Shown here piece after piece: positions 10,050 to 23,480 of a stretch of 64,000 bases of DNA. The stretch spans positions 201,028 through 265,027 of the forward strand of contig NW_004797434.1 of the NCBI RefSeq assembly GCF_000002075.1, in the 5' to 3' direction. Positions within the stretch are counted from its first letter, which is position 1. Each line of letters opens with the position of its first letter. This stretch comes from Aplysia californica. Taxonomy: Eukaryota. Made by a program: the position numbers and the translations under genes. The notes beneath the pieces are model-generated. The model saw nothing but the letters and a program-made list of their open reading frames with translations, had not been told where the DNA came from and did not search any database.

Positions 10050-10455
10050 ATCCTTCCTCTTGTACCTGTATGGCGTCAGGGAGAAAGAACTTTCTGTCTT
10101 TAGCAAGCTGGATGGCCTGGCTGGGTGGGATGTTGTGGGTTTACAGGATATCCTTTGCACCCTCGATCTAGGTCTTCCTTGGTCTTCCTCTTGCCTTGTA
10201 CCCTGATATATTTTTTTTTAGTACGCTTTACTGGCAAGCTGCTGAGGTGCCATATGTGTCAAAATGTCCACATCAACTGATTGTTTGCCTCTGAATGTAT
10301 TGGAGAACAGGTGTTGTTCCCATAATTTCTCTGGTCCTGTTGTTTCTGATCATGTCCAATCTTTTGTCGTCAGCTCTCCATAGACATCTCATCTCGCAGG
10401 TGGTTGTCTTACATTCCAGACTTTTAGTCAAGGTCCTTGTCTGGCATTGGTACGT
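10050..10455 (-). mobile_element. Degenerate RTE LINE 3' fragment
   Basis: Minus strand ECKTTTCEMRCLWR...RLDMIRNNRTREIMG resembles the RTE C-terminus. Confidence 0.65.
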
Positions 10456-10588
10456 CAAGGTGGGGGTGAATGATAAAGATATCTATAAATAGTGTTTGCA
10501 GTTTGGTTGTTTTTTTTTCTGTTCTGATTCATACTACTCCTTTATTATTCATGTTTTTTTGGACACTCTGTATGGCTACTTAGAAATA

Positions 10589-10790
10589 CAGTCAAACCTT
10601 TTGAAGACAACCACCTGTTGTCGTAGAGGAAATGGTCATCTCAGACAGGTCGTTCTCTTGGACTGTACTGTCATTATGATCGAAAAAAAAAGCAAAGGTA
10701 AGGGGGGGGGGGGAGTGGATGTCTACAGGCGATTGTCTTGGACAATTGGTGGTTAGAGCAGACTCAAAAAACTACACTATTACAGTGACT
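10589..10790. mobile_element. Tc1/mariner-pogo type MITE remnant
   Basis: Begins TA|CAGTCAAACC like the elements at 36699 and 49483; internal ACCACCTG/CAGGTCGT repeats. Confidence 0.5.
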
Positions 10791-11461
10791 GTAACATTAT
10801 TTAATTAGAGGGTTACTTGTACTTTTTGTTCTAAAAGGCAAAGTCTTCGTTCTTTTGTTGTATCTTATGAGTCCTGTATTGTGGTTTGCGGTGTCCTCCT
10901 TTCAATATAAAAAACAAAAATTGCATGAAAATCCTCACATGAAGTCGAAAGCATTAAGAAACTTGGACTGCAGCAGTCTGTTGAAAGGAACAGAATTTTT
11001 AAGCACATTGCATTTTTGCAGACCCCAATTGAAGGGCTATTTCTGTACATTCATTTGTTTGTTGGAGTAAAGAAAAGAAAAACACATTGACGCAATACTG
11101 GTCATTTAGTGCTGGGAAAAGGTAAGACAGGCAGACAGAAGCAACTGTGGGAAAATAAAGAAATAGGACCTACTAGTGGCGCCTTCCAACCACCTGCACT
11201 GTTAATTTGTGACTACCATATTGTTCTTTAAACATTAATAATAATAATGTTAAGAAAAGCATTTGTATAGCTAATGTTCCCCGTAACAGCAAGCTCTTTG
11301 TGCTTTGTGATCTATACTATTACCTCAGCAGACCCTGAAACACTCAGAAATATTTTTGGCTTCCCCGGAAGTATACAGTGCAAGCAGCCAATTAAATGTA
11401 CAAACACTTTCAAATTGACAAGATCTTTCTTTTTTTATTTATAGCCAGATACCAATTCCTA

Positions 11462-11760
11462 CCTCTCTCTCTCTCTATCTCTTCTGGCGCTATGGCTTCA
11501 TAAACGGTCAGCGATGCCGACAGCACGCAGGAACTCAGCACTTTCCCGGGGGTCCTTAAAAAGTGCTGAAAGTGGGTTACTGAAGTGTCCCAGCAGACGG
11601 GTTCTGGTACGATAGCTGGCGGGGCATCTCAGGAACACATGGTCCATAGTTTCATCCTCCTCCTTGCAGGCTCGACAGGATGGATCTGGGTTGTCCGCTG
11701 GCGCAATTTTGTGGAGATATGATCTCAGCTTGGGCGATTTTCTACCTGGGTGCAGTGAGG
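11462..11760 (-). mobile_element. 3' end of an I-group LINE (C-terminal zinc knuckle)
   Basis: Minus strand encodes CRACKEEDETMDHVFLRCPA; ends in an (AG)n tail. Confidence 0.7.
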
Positions 11761-11825
11761 AAAAATTAGTGTAAAGTGCCTTTTTTCAAGTACATTAACA
11801 TTAACTCCCATGTTTTATGCCCCAG

Positions 11826-11928
11826 GTTTGCTGCAGCAGTGAGGGACGGCAGTGAGTTCTTCGTGCTACTCATCATAACTGACGGAATCATCACAGACAT
11901 GCCTCAGACCAAATCGGCCATTGTCAGC
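11826..11928 (+). CDS. CPNE8: Copine exon ([34 protein letters not shown])
   Basis: [11 protein letters not shown] motif; CAG/GTAAGT. Confidence 0.95.
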
Positions 11929-12911
11929 GTAAGTTCTCACAGATGTTACATTCCTACTAATGTCTGTTTTTCCATTAGTGTTTTTTTTCCTCAACTACTC
12001 ATTTACCATGTGCTCTGATGTGGTTTGCTCCATCTTTCCTATCAAACAGTGGTCATCCTTATCTCTCCTCCTTTTTTGTGTTTGTCATGCTCTTGTAACC
12101 CCTCTAATCTTTGGCACATATACGACCTTATTGTGCTTTGGTTTTCCTTCTAGCAAAATGTGGAAATTAGGTTTGAATGTATCTAAAACGTTTTCATGTA
12201 TGCCGTGATGTTCAGATAGAACAAAGATAAACCAGAGCCATAAGTTGATGACATTTACTTAATGAATGCAAGCGTTAATTTTTTCTGTCTGCCTAAGTTG
12301 ATGACATTTACTTTATGAATGCAAGCGTTAATTTTGCGTTAATTTTTTCAGTCTGCCTTTCCCTTAGCTTTGGATTCATGTAAAACTTCCTCACTTCAGT
12401 TTTTCATCTACTTATTCTCTTTCCATTTTTCTCAAAGCTTTTGTTTTGTTTGGTTGTTTGATTTGGGTAAAGAGTTATTTTTTTTGTTGGATAAGTAAGA
12501 TTTAAAACATCGGCAAACATCAATGGTGTTGAGACATCAGGGTAAGTATTAATTATTGTTAGGTGTGTTAGGCATTTTAAAAAAATTGTTCTGTATTGGT
12601 GTAATATTGTGTATATGGTATTCTTTGTGTGTATATTTGTGTGTTAAATAATTGTGTATTTATGAATGTATGTTTGCCTTTGTAATCCAAATTTGTTCTT
12701 GCGGATGAATAAAGTGTATTTATTTTTAAATTATTTATCTTTGTTTATTAATTATATTCTTGCAACTTAAATGTTATTTTTCTTTGATCTCTTCTCTTTT
12801 TCTTTACTTCTCCTTGATTTGATATTGACATTTGCTAACGTTGAATTTTTGGCTTTTTATGTTTTAGCTTCTAATATCAGTTTTTTAATTTCATTTTCTG
12901 CTCTGTTTCAG

Positions 12912-12969
12912 GCTTCTACACTGCCCTTGTCTATCATCATTGTGGGTGTAGGTGACGCAGACTTCACAG
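12912..12969 (+). CDS. CPNE8: Copine exon (ASTLPLSIIIVGVGDADFT)
   Basis: LPMSIIIVGVG-like motif; CAG/GTAAAT. Confidence 0.95.
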
Positions 12970-13254
12970 GTAAATTGTGGCTCTCGTCAAATATATGAAA
13001 TCTGTGAATCAACAGAGAGAAAGGGAAGACAGAATTAGGGACAAAAATGTTGTACAATGTGCTGTCAAAGCATTATGTCTGTTATGTTTGTTTAATTATG
13101 GTAAGCTATATTGTCAGAATATGTTTGTTGAACTGTTGTTTTTTGCATAACTATTAAGACTTTTAGGCGCGGAGAAATGACATAGCTAATCCTTAGTGTT
13201 TTTGTAGATCTGGTAATAGAATAGTTCTGATTTTGTTTCTGCTTTGAAATATTA

Positions 13255-13434
13255 GTGGGTGGTTAGCGGGTGCTCTGGTGTTGTTTGCTTCTTCTTTCCT
13301 ATGAAAAATCTATCATCCTTATCTCCCCTTCTTCTTTTTTATGTTTGTTACACTCTTGTAACATCTCTAATCTTCTAGCGGTCATATGACCTTATGCAGT
13401 TGCGAGCGCCATAAAACCTCTACTAAAACTAAAC
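13255..13434 (+). mobile_element. Full-length family B short retroelement (~180 bp); 11-bp TSD
   Basis: TTGAAATATTA at 13244-13254 and 13435-13445; about 13 copies in the window. Confidence 0.85.
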
Positions 13435-13561
13435 TTGAAATATTATAATATGCATTAAGGTTGAGAGTGAATGTGTGAAGTTATGATTTTGCACTGGAAA
13501 ACCAAACATTTGTGTTTTTGCAATTACAAATTTTAAAAAATTGTTTTGAAATGAAAGATTT

Positions 13562-13845
13562 GGGGGCTCAGTAGCTCACCGGTGTTTGCTTGTCAACTCA
13601 GAGGTCTGGAGTTTGTTCCCAGTCAGCGTCAGGTGTTTTTTTGGTCATTTTTTTTTAAGCCCCTTGATTATAAGGTAGGTGGGATCAATTACTCACTTCT
13701 TGGTTAAGGATGAAAAATTTTGGATGTTCAGTGTGGAAGTGCCACATGTTAAAAGTCCCTTGGCTGGCAGTTCTATAATTGAAAAGAGTAAGCCCTCCAG
13801 GTCGCTGTTTGAGCAATTTTTCTAAATCAATTCCTACCTAAAACT
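13562..13845 (+). mobile_element. Older tRNA-headed Nin/Deu-domain SINE
   Basis: tRNA-like head GGGGGCTCAGTAGCTCA...; CACATGTTAAAAGTCCCTTGG...AAGAGTA domain. Confidence 0.6.
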
Positions 13846-14310
13846 GAAGCCACTTTTGTTGGTATAAATATGTAGAGTACCTTAAAAATCGGCTCGCGGC
13901 TGCCTGTTAAGCAAGGAATGATGTACATTCTCTTTGGATAAAACAATCAGGTACATAAAAATCGACTGCACAGTGAGATGAAGAACTTATAGTCAGTTAC
14001 ATATAGAGCTCTAGCAGGGGTGCAATGAGACGAAGAAACTAAAGACCTAAATCAAATAGTTCTTTTAGTAAGAAGAGTGTCATTCATCAATATGACAGGA
14101 ACTTATTAAGGAAAATCTTGAAGCATGCCAGCCTACGTGCTTTTGCATTTGTTCCTGAAAAGAGTCAATTTAGAGGTACACCCATTGCTGTAATGATCAC
14201 ATTGGTGCTCCCAGATTACTATTTAGTTGCCATCTTGTCTAGCTATTTAACATGTAATTTATTTTGGAAATTGTTTTGTTGTATACCGTATTGTGTTCTT
14301 TGTCACACAG

Positions 14311-14384
14311 CTATGGACATCTTAGATGGAGATGATCAAAGGTTAAGTGCCAATGGAAAATATGCTGAGAGGGATATTGTTCAG
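14311..14384 (+). CDS. CPNE8: Copine exon (AMDILDGDDQRLSANGKYAERDIVQ)
   Basis: LDGDD...AERDIVQ motif; CAG/GTATTT. Confidence 0.95.
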
Positions 14385-14804
14385 GTATTTGTGATTATAA
14401 ATTCTATTTCAATTTGTTCTCTATGTAAAATTCTAAATTCTATAGAAGATTAAAGTTATTTTAAAAAAATATTTGTAAAATATATATTGTCATCAGTGAA
14501 TACAGAGGGGTTTTTTTTTCTGTTTTTATAATCTGAGAGACACTATGTGTCTTGTTGGACCTAATTTATGTATTTGCTCATATGAAATGTTATGTGGGAA
14601 GTGGCTGAAAAAGGTAATCAAATGAAATTTTGTTAATTTGTTCACATGTAAATTCTAATGATGTATATAAAGTTTTCAAGTTCAATGACTGAAAATATTT
14701 TGGATGAGCTTTTCTTTTTGTATTTCAGTGATTTCTTTTCAAATGCAATATTAAATGAGCACGAAAATGATTTACCCCCCTCTCCACCCCTCTTTTTAAA
14801 TCAG

Positions 14805-15065
14805 TTTGTGCCGTTTCGCAATTTCTTGAGCGGTGGAGGCAGCATGCATGTGTCCCAAGCATTCTTGGCCAAGGAGGTTTTGGCTGAAGTACCCGACCAG
14901 GTCTTGTCCTACATGAAGCGCTACAACATCAAGGCCAGGCCTCCAGCAGCCAATCAGAATGCAGCCCTAGCCCCGGCTCCAGCCCCTCAAGGTGCACCCG
15001 CAGCTGCTCCAGCCTTCCCACGGCCCGGAGCACCCATGGAGCGGCCTCCCCCTTACCAAATGTAA
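14805..15065 (+). CDS. CPNE8: Copine last coding exon (FVPFRNF...LAKEVLAEVPDQVLSYMK...PPPYQM*)
   Basis: FVPFR and VLAEVP.Q motifs; CAG acceptor ending 14804; TAA stop 15063-15065. Confidence 0.95.
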   Translation, partial: FVPFRNFLSGGGSMHVSQAFLAKEVLAEVPDQVLSYMKRYNIKARPPAANQNAALAPAPAPQGAPAAAPAFPRPGAPMERPPPYQM

Positions 15066-15999
15066 AGATTGCTAAAATTTCCAATGTATGTGTGCTCTTG
15101 AGATCTTTACAGTGGGGGAACCTAAAGCATTGAAACTCTTTTTCGTCTCTGTAATCTACTGGGCAAGGGTCATAGTTAAACAGGTATTCATAATTTAGAT
15201 GAGTTTTACGCGTTAGTTTTTGTTGAAAGCTTGAAAAAGTTGCTGCTACTCAAGCTTTGAATTTATGGAAAATTCTGGTATTGTCTGTGTGAATCCTCGA
15301 CTTTTTGTATCATTGATATTATCAGGATTTGTCTTTCCTCCAGTTTTCATTCGCACTTTTTGCTACACAAGGGTTTGATAGCTCTATTTCATTTTGCTCC
15401 TGCAAAAGCTTGGGTAGCAATAATTTTAGATAAGAATTTGTATAAGAATGTTACAGACTGTAACTGTTGTACAGTTATAGAGTAATGGCTGTTGGGTCAT
15501 TGAGTCAAAGCATATTGGTGTGATCCAAGTCAAACCTTGCCAAGGCTGCTTCTGAGATAAAAAGATGGTAAAAGTCAGTTTTTCTCTATTTCTTCTCTTG
15601 CAAGTAGGAAGTTGTAAAAAATTGTGTGTGCTCCTAATCCTATGTAACATTGTATCTGAATTCATGGTCGCTTTTGGTATGTAAATATTTTTATAATCTG
15701 AATCTGAATATCAGGGGTGTTGTGTAAATTACTGATTAATTCTGTTAACTTAATGTCATTCTAATTTTTATAAAACTGTGTTTTATTTACCTCTACATAT
15801 TTTGTACTCTGTAAAGGAAATATCCTTGTAAGAGTTTGCTCTTTCTATATACTTTTGTTTCTTATTCTGAACTCACTGTTGCTAGGAGGTTTTACTTAGA
15901 CTTAGAGACTCCCACATCTTGAGATGCATGAGGCAATCATTGATTATTAGTAAGATCTGTCTGCAATCTGAATGGGGACATCACTCTACTTCTTGTCTA

Positions 16000-17560
16000 T
16001 AAACTTCAGGTTTTTCATCATTGTCTGTGTCCAGTTCATCTCTGCCTCTCTTCCCTTTAATTTTCCAGAATGCAACCGGATGGGAAATTCTGTGATCTTC
16101 CTCTCCTCTAACATACACATTTGTAGTGTGAAGTCTTTCCGTCTGATGTTGAGGATCTTGCGGAGGCACTTGTTGTTAATAAAGGAGTCCGGTGGCCTTT
16201 CCTGTTCATTCTTCAGGTGTCATGAATCAGAACCATATAGAATTACCCACAGAACATTTTAGTTTTATAATTTCAGCTTCAGCTGGGAAACGAGTTTCTT
16301 ATTTTCCCAATTTCGTTGAGCTTGTAGGAGGCTTGTAAGGCTTTACCTATCAGTAGTTTTTCAATGCATTTCAGTATATTTCAGCGCTTATATCGTCTAG
16401 TATAGTTTCCTTATTGTTTTTCTTTTACAAAAAAATGCTTTTTCCACCTCATTCTTGATGATAGTTTTTAGTGTTATTTTCAGGTCCGTATCACTTTCTT
16501 CAATGGCTGCTATAAATCTGGTTCATCTTTGGTCACCCTATGCCTCTCTTTCCTTCAGTTTTCCAGGATGCAGCCTGATTATTCAGGCCGTTTAAGTACA
16601 GTGTGGAAGTGCTGTGCTTATCCTGCAAGTTTGTTTTCATCCTTTGTGATGTTATCATCCGTCTTTGATTTGATGGTAAATTTCTTCTTTTATTTATCTG
16701 TCCAGTGATCTTCTTTGTGAAATTGTAAAGTGTTCTCTTTTCATTGCATTTGGCTGTATCCTCTGCTAGGGAGGTTTATAGTTCTAGCTGTGCTCTTATG
16801 TATGGGCAGTTGGCAGGTGCTCTGGTGTGGTTTACTTCTTCTTTCCAATCAAACATCTGTGGTCCTTTTCTCTCCTCCTTTTTTAACTCTCTTGTAACAC
16901 ATCTGATCTTTGGCATTTATATGACCTTATTGTGTTGCAAGTGCTGTAAAACTCTTCCAAAAAACAAATGCTCTTTTGTTGCATTGTGACGTCTCTGTCC
17001 CTGTTAATTTATGGTCAAAGTCTATTGCATTGTCCGTTGGTTAGGTCTGCTTTTTGGGGGTGGGTCTTTTTGTGTTCTTCTATGAGCTTTTAAGTGTCAT
17101 CCTTAATTCATTCTTCTCTCTCTCAAAACATTTAGTGGATGGATGGCAGATGCTCTAGTATGGTTTGCTGCTTCTTTCCTATCGTCCTTATCTCTTTTTT
17201 TTTTCTGTTACCCTCTTGTAGCAGCTCTATTCCTCGACACTTATATGACCTATTTGTGTTTCAAGTGCTGTAAAACTCTTGACTTAAACCGAATCAGTAT
17301 CACTTTTCCAGCATTGTCCATTGTCAGTTTCATTTTGGCCCACCTCACCAATCCACTTCATCTTCCAGGAGTAGCAGTAGTATTGTATCAGTTTGAAAGT
17401 TTCAGCTGGAAGGATTCTTTGACCTCTTCGTTTTTTTTTTTCAGCTTTTCTACGTTTAGGTGCTTTGAAATTATTTGTTTTGTCTTTTGTTGTTTCAATT
17501 TGATCTTGGGTCTTTTGGCAATGCAAGGTGGTGGTCACTGTATATCTGCTCCTCTGTAAA
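16000..17560 (-). mobile_element. Highly decayed RTE-like LINE with family B insertions (16803-16965, 17136-17285, on +)
   Basis: Pyrimidine-rich antisense LINE-like sequence; minus strand near 16540-16565 reads GKLKGKRGIG, resembling the RTE GKR.RGRP end. Confidence 0.45.
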
Positions 17561-20279
17561 CTCTTATGTTATGCAGGAAGTTTAATCTCTATCTTAGCCT
17601 AACAGGAGCATGGTCTATCCCTATGTTTCAGCATGACTGTCTTTGGATATCCACAAAGTTTTGTGCATTTATATTTCAGCGGTTGAACTTTGCAGTCCCA
17701 ATTTTCAGATCACTCTGAACGCAGAGTTCTATGAATCTTATTCTGTTATAGGTAATTTCCCATATTATCTTTATCCTGTATCCTAAGGTCTGTGGTTTAT
17801 TTATTTAAGGGTTTATCTTGCTCGGCTTCCAGCTGTTTGGTTGACAAAACTTTTTTTTTTATTGACCGAACAGGGTGGAGTTTGTACTGGCACAAAAATC
17901 CCCACACCCATCGCTTCCAATGCTCCTTTTCTTCTTTTATTCTGCTGAAGAGTACATGAACACCGTCACACACCTGTTCACTCTTCTAACTGTCAGCTCA
18001 AGTGAAATATAGAGCTTATTTTGAAAGTTGTCAGTTTTTGTAAGTTTGTTTTGCTGTATGTTTTTGTATATTTACCAATTTTTTACTGTGAACTATTGTC
18101 TGTTCGCTTCAATAATCCTGTGATGTCAAAATATTCACCTCTGCTTCTGATTTAATCCATCGGTTGTTTTTTATATTTCATGTTGATACTTGACGTCTAC
18201 AAGTTGCTCAGTTTTTGTAAATATTGTCATCTTATTAAAAAAAGCAAAATATTTGTGGTCTTTAACATTTACTGGATCTGCAGATATTAGGTGCTATTCT
18301 CAGCCATTATTAGTCAGATTCACAAACTTAATCTGTTAAGTCTTTTACTTTTTGCAACACGATGCAGACTTTCCTTCGGTAAATCGCAGTCACAATCACA
18401 GTTTGTGTTTTGTTCCTTCAGGGTCGTATTCTTATTTTTGTACTAAACAGTAAAAGCAAAAATATTAAATATGTCTTGAGAATTTTTTTCTTTTTCATCC
18501 TCTTGTCATAATTGTTAACGATTTAATACTTTCAAATATCAAGTTTCTTGTGTGTTGTCCACAGCCCCCACCCTCCTGTGTTTCAAAGCATTGTCTTCAA
18601 GTTTTTAAGGCCTCTTTTTTTTTCCTTTTTTCTATCTGAATTATGCACAATGTATTCATGAAGGTAGTTATGTGGTGGTCTACTAAGAGAATATTGTTGT
18701 AACTGGGACCAGTTCCCATTTTATATGTACGCAATGTGTTTGTCACACTGCAATCCTTCAAGGTGTATAATAAGGTTGAGCTTCAAAATTATTTTTATCC
18801 ACACCATATTCTTTGCTGTTTTTTAGTAGTGTCTTTGCCTCATGTCAAACATTTTGCCATCAGTGAACAACTTTAAAAATGCCAGTTATGTTTCTTTTAG
18901 TTTTGTATGTCAGTTAATTAAGTTAATAGGTACTTTATATCAATGCACAAGGTGTTTTTGTCATCAAGGTACCAAATCGTCTGCACATAGCTGAGAAACT
19001 AGCCCGATGCTCTCGTACAGCAGTTGCAGAAGACGTATTTTCCACTTTTTAGCTTGAAGAAATATGGGGATGGGATCTTATACTGTACACAATAAACTGT
19101 ATGTAATACATGCCAAGATTAGTGCATAATCAGTAGACTTTGCTTATACTCAAAGCCCTTTTATCAAGAAATTCCTGATATTGTGAAAGGATTTCAAATC
19201 TGCAGGGCTTTTTCCCTCTTTATTATTACATCATATATATTATTTCCACTTTATACGAAATATGCTGAACATTAAGAAATTCTTTGGTCCCGGGAAATTC
19301 CTGTTGTCAGGGTTTTACTGTGGTTGAAAAATGAAATAACTTATTAACAAATATCATAACTGTTGCAAGAAAAATACTTTACAGGATGAACAAAAAGATT
19401 TGAAGCTATTATTTTTCATGTGACAGACAATGTTTTTCTTCTCGGAAACTAGTCAAATGTGATCTTATATTGCGAATTCAAACAAATTTAAAACTAGTCG
19501 TACTAATACTATGGTAGTGGTAGATTTGGGTAAGGTTTATTTAATGATACGATGGAAATCCATATGGACATCTATTTTGAGCGTGTTTGTTATGATTCAG
19601 GACTTATTAACTTATTAAGCCATAATTTTTTAGGCTATAAAATCTCAGCCTGCAATAATTCATTTGTATTCTCAAATAGGTGAGAAGTCCTTAAATAATT
19701 AGCAATAAGATCATTAGATTTTTTTAGTTTTATGATTTGGCATCGGTCCGAATCTAGGGATATTTTGTACTTCAAAATACTGTTCATGAAATTGTCAGTG
19801 TGTTTGTTTTTATAATTGATGTTTTACTGACCTCACTAACATTTATCACTCTAATGAAATAGGTCTATGCACCTCCTTTAGATGTACCCAGAGACCAGGC
19901 AGTGGCTTTTTTTTAACCTTTCGGTGAATTTCTGTGATAATGTTTTTATTGTCATTACTGTTGTAATCCCAACATTCTTGTTTGCATTTTTCATTGCTGA
20001 TGTGGAGTGAAGAGACTTATTGTATATCTTTGAGTGATTCATGAAGTGATTCATGAGAGCGCTGTGGGTAAATGAATGATTTGATACCAGTAAATGTAAC
20101 TGATTCTTGTCAGTGTAATGGCAAGATCATTGAAAAGAAAAGATATATAATATTATAAAAAGGAGGACATTGGAAAGGTTGAAGGAAAAAAAAATGACAG
20201 CAGAGGAGGAATTTTTAGATAAGAAATAAACAGAGTAGGATTGATGAGAAGCAGCATTGGGGAACTGGAGGAAGAGAAA

Positions 20280-20430
20280 AAGAAGGAGTGAAAGAGTGAA
20301 TAGAAAGAGAGAGAAAGAGAGTGAATGGAAAGAGAGAGAAAGAGAGTGAATGGAGAGAGAGAGAGAGAGAGAGAGAGGGGCGGAGGGAGGGAGGGAGGGA
20401 GGGAGGGGGGGGAGGGAGGGAGAGAGAGAG
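20280..20430. repeat. GA-rich microsatellite / (GGGA)n
   Basis: Direct observation. Confidence 0.9.
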
Positions 20431-22144
20431 ATGCGTACAGTTGATGCCACAGTTCAACCTTTGAACATACGAATAAACATTCTTGAGAGAACTGTCTTCC
20501 TCCACAGAAATGACAATAGCCTTGTATGGTCATTCATAATCACATTTGCACGGTTAAGTGAAATATTGATCACCATTTTGATGTTTGAACTTAGAATAGG
20601 TAGAGATTGTCAGGTTTCTGAATTTGAAGCGACTTACAGGCTGTCTGGTTGCTTTGTTCTAATGTGTGAGACTGATTTTGTCACTGTTTTGGGTGCCTTA
20701 TGGGAGTGTTTGTCTAAAAATGTTGGAAATGACTCTAATGAGAAATGGTTCAATGAACCTAGTAATCTGAGTCTCTCTAAATGGATAAGTGATTTCTAAA
20801 CATTTGTTAAAGTAAGCTTGGAGAGTGAAGCCTTCATACTCACAACAATTTCAACATCCAACATCAAAGAGCAGGAGTGAAACCAGTAACTGCCAGATGC
20901 CATGGTGAGCTGACATTTTATATATCACAACTATAATGATTATAATAATGTACCCTGGTACCGTACATATAAAAAAAATCTTGCATTATCTTTAGATATA
21001 AAATATCTAGTCTAAGTGGGGAACAAGACTGATTGAAAAAAGCAATGAGAAAAACAAATGACATGATGTAAGTAGAAAGAAAATGATGAGACCTGTACCT
21101 GTAATCACTCCATACATTTAGTTAGTATTAGTAGTATGGGGAGCTTGTGTCTCAAAACTAGTTACAGTTATACCATTCAAGCTTTCTTTGTTATTTGTAG
21201 AAAGCTAACTTAATGTATTTTTGCATGTTGCTTAAAAATATGGGAATGTTTCCCAGACCAGCGTCTATGGAATAATGTTTAGGCTCTGTTGCCATTGCAC
21301 ACAAAAGATGGGAGTCCGATTTTCATATGGAGAAGTCTATTTTATCAAGTATCTCCATCTTTCCGCTGGGATATAGTATCCCACTCAGTCCAGCATGCTG
21401 TCCTAAAGCAGCCTGCCTCCTAGAGAACCTAAACTGTGTCAATAGGGGTGTAATCCTGCACAGTGATTTTACGAAGTGCAAAGAAGTTTTCTTAGGCTTT
21501 TCTTTGATCTGAATAAAGCTGCAGCCAGTTTGTGAGAAATGATAGATGCATTTCTCTTGCCGTAGAAGTGTCTTTTAGTGTCTGGGACTGGGTGATCATG
21601 CTTCCCCTAACACTGGACCATGCATTGTTCTCAGACTAAGGTTTTCAAGCGTCACAGGTGTAGATTTATATATTATTATATTCAGGATTTCTATTTCAAC
21701 TTGCATGAAGTATGACATTGATTGTTCAGAGCAAAGTCAAATGCAGTTTCATTTTGTCCTGTCGTGAATTTTATTCAGTGAGCATTCAAATTACCGGTAC
21801 AATGTTTTCATAAAGGTCTTACGTACATACATTTTGATTGTTTGTAAATCATTTTTAAAGACCGCATGCTTTACATCTGCATTGTACGTTCATTGGTTTC
21901 GTGACTTGTAAAGCATGTGTGACACAGCATTTTAATTGTTTCCTTTTACATTTTATATAAAAACAAGCATATGTTATGTTTCCAGTGCATAGCTATTGTC
22001 TAATATGTGTATTGTGTATACGCTTGTTCATATTTCCTAAATAAAATGGTCTACAAAATGGCTTGGTAACAATATATCTATTCTTAGGGCCTCTTTTCAT
22101 TTTTTTTTCTTCGCTGTTGTACTGCATGTTTCACAATATAGTAA

Positions 22145-22407
22145 AAATTGGTGAAATGGTATAGGTTTAACGCCCCTATAACTCGATCGATAAAACAACA
22201 ACACCCCTATATTCACTGTTAGGTTATTTAAGGCGGGATTTCTCAGTTTAACGTTCATCTCCGAAAGGACCGAGTCAAGTGAGAAATTCGTGTCAAGTGC
22301 CTTTCCCAAGGACACAACATTGGACTGAGCTGAGGCTCGGAACCCCGAACCCGCAATCTCACGATTACGAGTCTGGTAGCCTAACCACTAGGCTACCGAT
22401 GCCACTC
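22145..22407 (-). mobile_element. CORE-like tRNA SINE with near-perfect TSD
   Basis: Similar to 1716-1953; TGTGTCCTTGGGAAAGGCACTT on minus; CAATATAGTAA (22134) and CAATTTAGTAA (22408). Confidence 0.8.
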
Positions 22408-23152
22408 CAATTTAGTAAGAAAGCCAGCCAAATTCACAAGCACCGTCTTACACTGTAACTTCTCCGTGCTCTGCTGAGCTCCTCACAAAACAATATACTG
22501 AGATTGATTGATTCTGGAATGCATCATTTTCCAGGACTTTTGCCTCAATTCGACTTCTCATGCATATAGATCATACCTCATAATGCCTTCTTCACTATTT
22601 GAAAAGCTATTGGGAATACAATACAAAACATCTAAACCTTGTTCCATAATTTATGGTACATGTACCACTTAGGATTTATTTTTTATTTTTTAAATCTTGA
22701 TATGAACAGGCCTATTGATAAAAAAAATTATAAACTTCAGCCTTAGAACCATAATATTATCTTTATTCAAGGATGAAATTTGCAGGACACAGTTGTTTTT
22801 TTTGTCTTGATCCTTATATGAATGCAAATTTGAATCCATGTGTCCAATCTGCCTTCCTTCTCCAGTTCAGACCATGCAGAGTGCCTTGAAATGAAGCTTT
22901 AAAAGCTCACAATCTCTTTTGAGTGGACATTGCTTTAACAGAAAAACAAAAATACCCTTTTAATTAAGTTCTTTTTTTTTCTTTTCTTTCTTTCTAGACT
23001 TTTGTTCATCCTCTGCAGGATTTGGTCCTATCGTTTGTTTTTATTTGAAACGTTTTTTTTAACCGGAATTAAAAAGAAGACATCTGTCCGTTTTTGCCAA
23101 CTGGAATCAAGGGTTTTCGAAGCCTGTCTTTTAAGCCTAAACAACTGTTTAT

Positions 23153-23161
23153 GTGTGTGCA

Positions 23162-23215
<54 letters not shown>

Positions 23216-23413
23216 TGTGTGTGTTTATGAGAGAGAGAGGGGGGGGGGGGGAGAAAATAGCTATAGAGTCCACTAGAGAGGTTGAGAGAAGAGACAGAGA
23301 AGGAGAGAGAGACAGAGAGAACAAAGGTGAGAGAGAGAGAACAAAAGAGATTTAGATAGATAGACCGAGAAAGAGATATAGATAGACATACTGAGAGATA
23401 GACAGGTAGACCA

Positions 23414-23456
<43 letters not shown>

Positions 23457-23480
23457 GAGAGAGAGAGAGAGAGAGAGGAA
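23153..23480. repeat. Compound microsatellite (TG)n/(GA)n/(GACA)n
   Basis: Direct observation. Confidence 0.9.
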
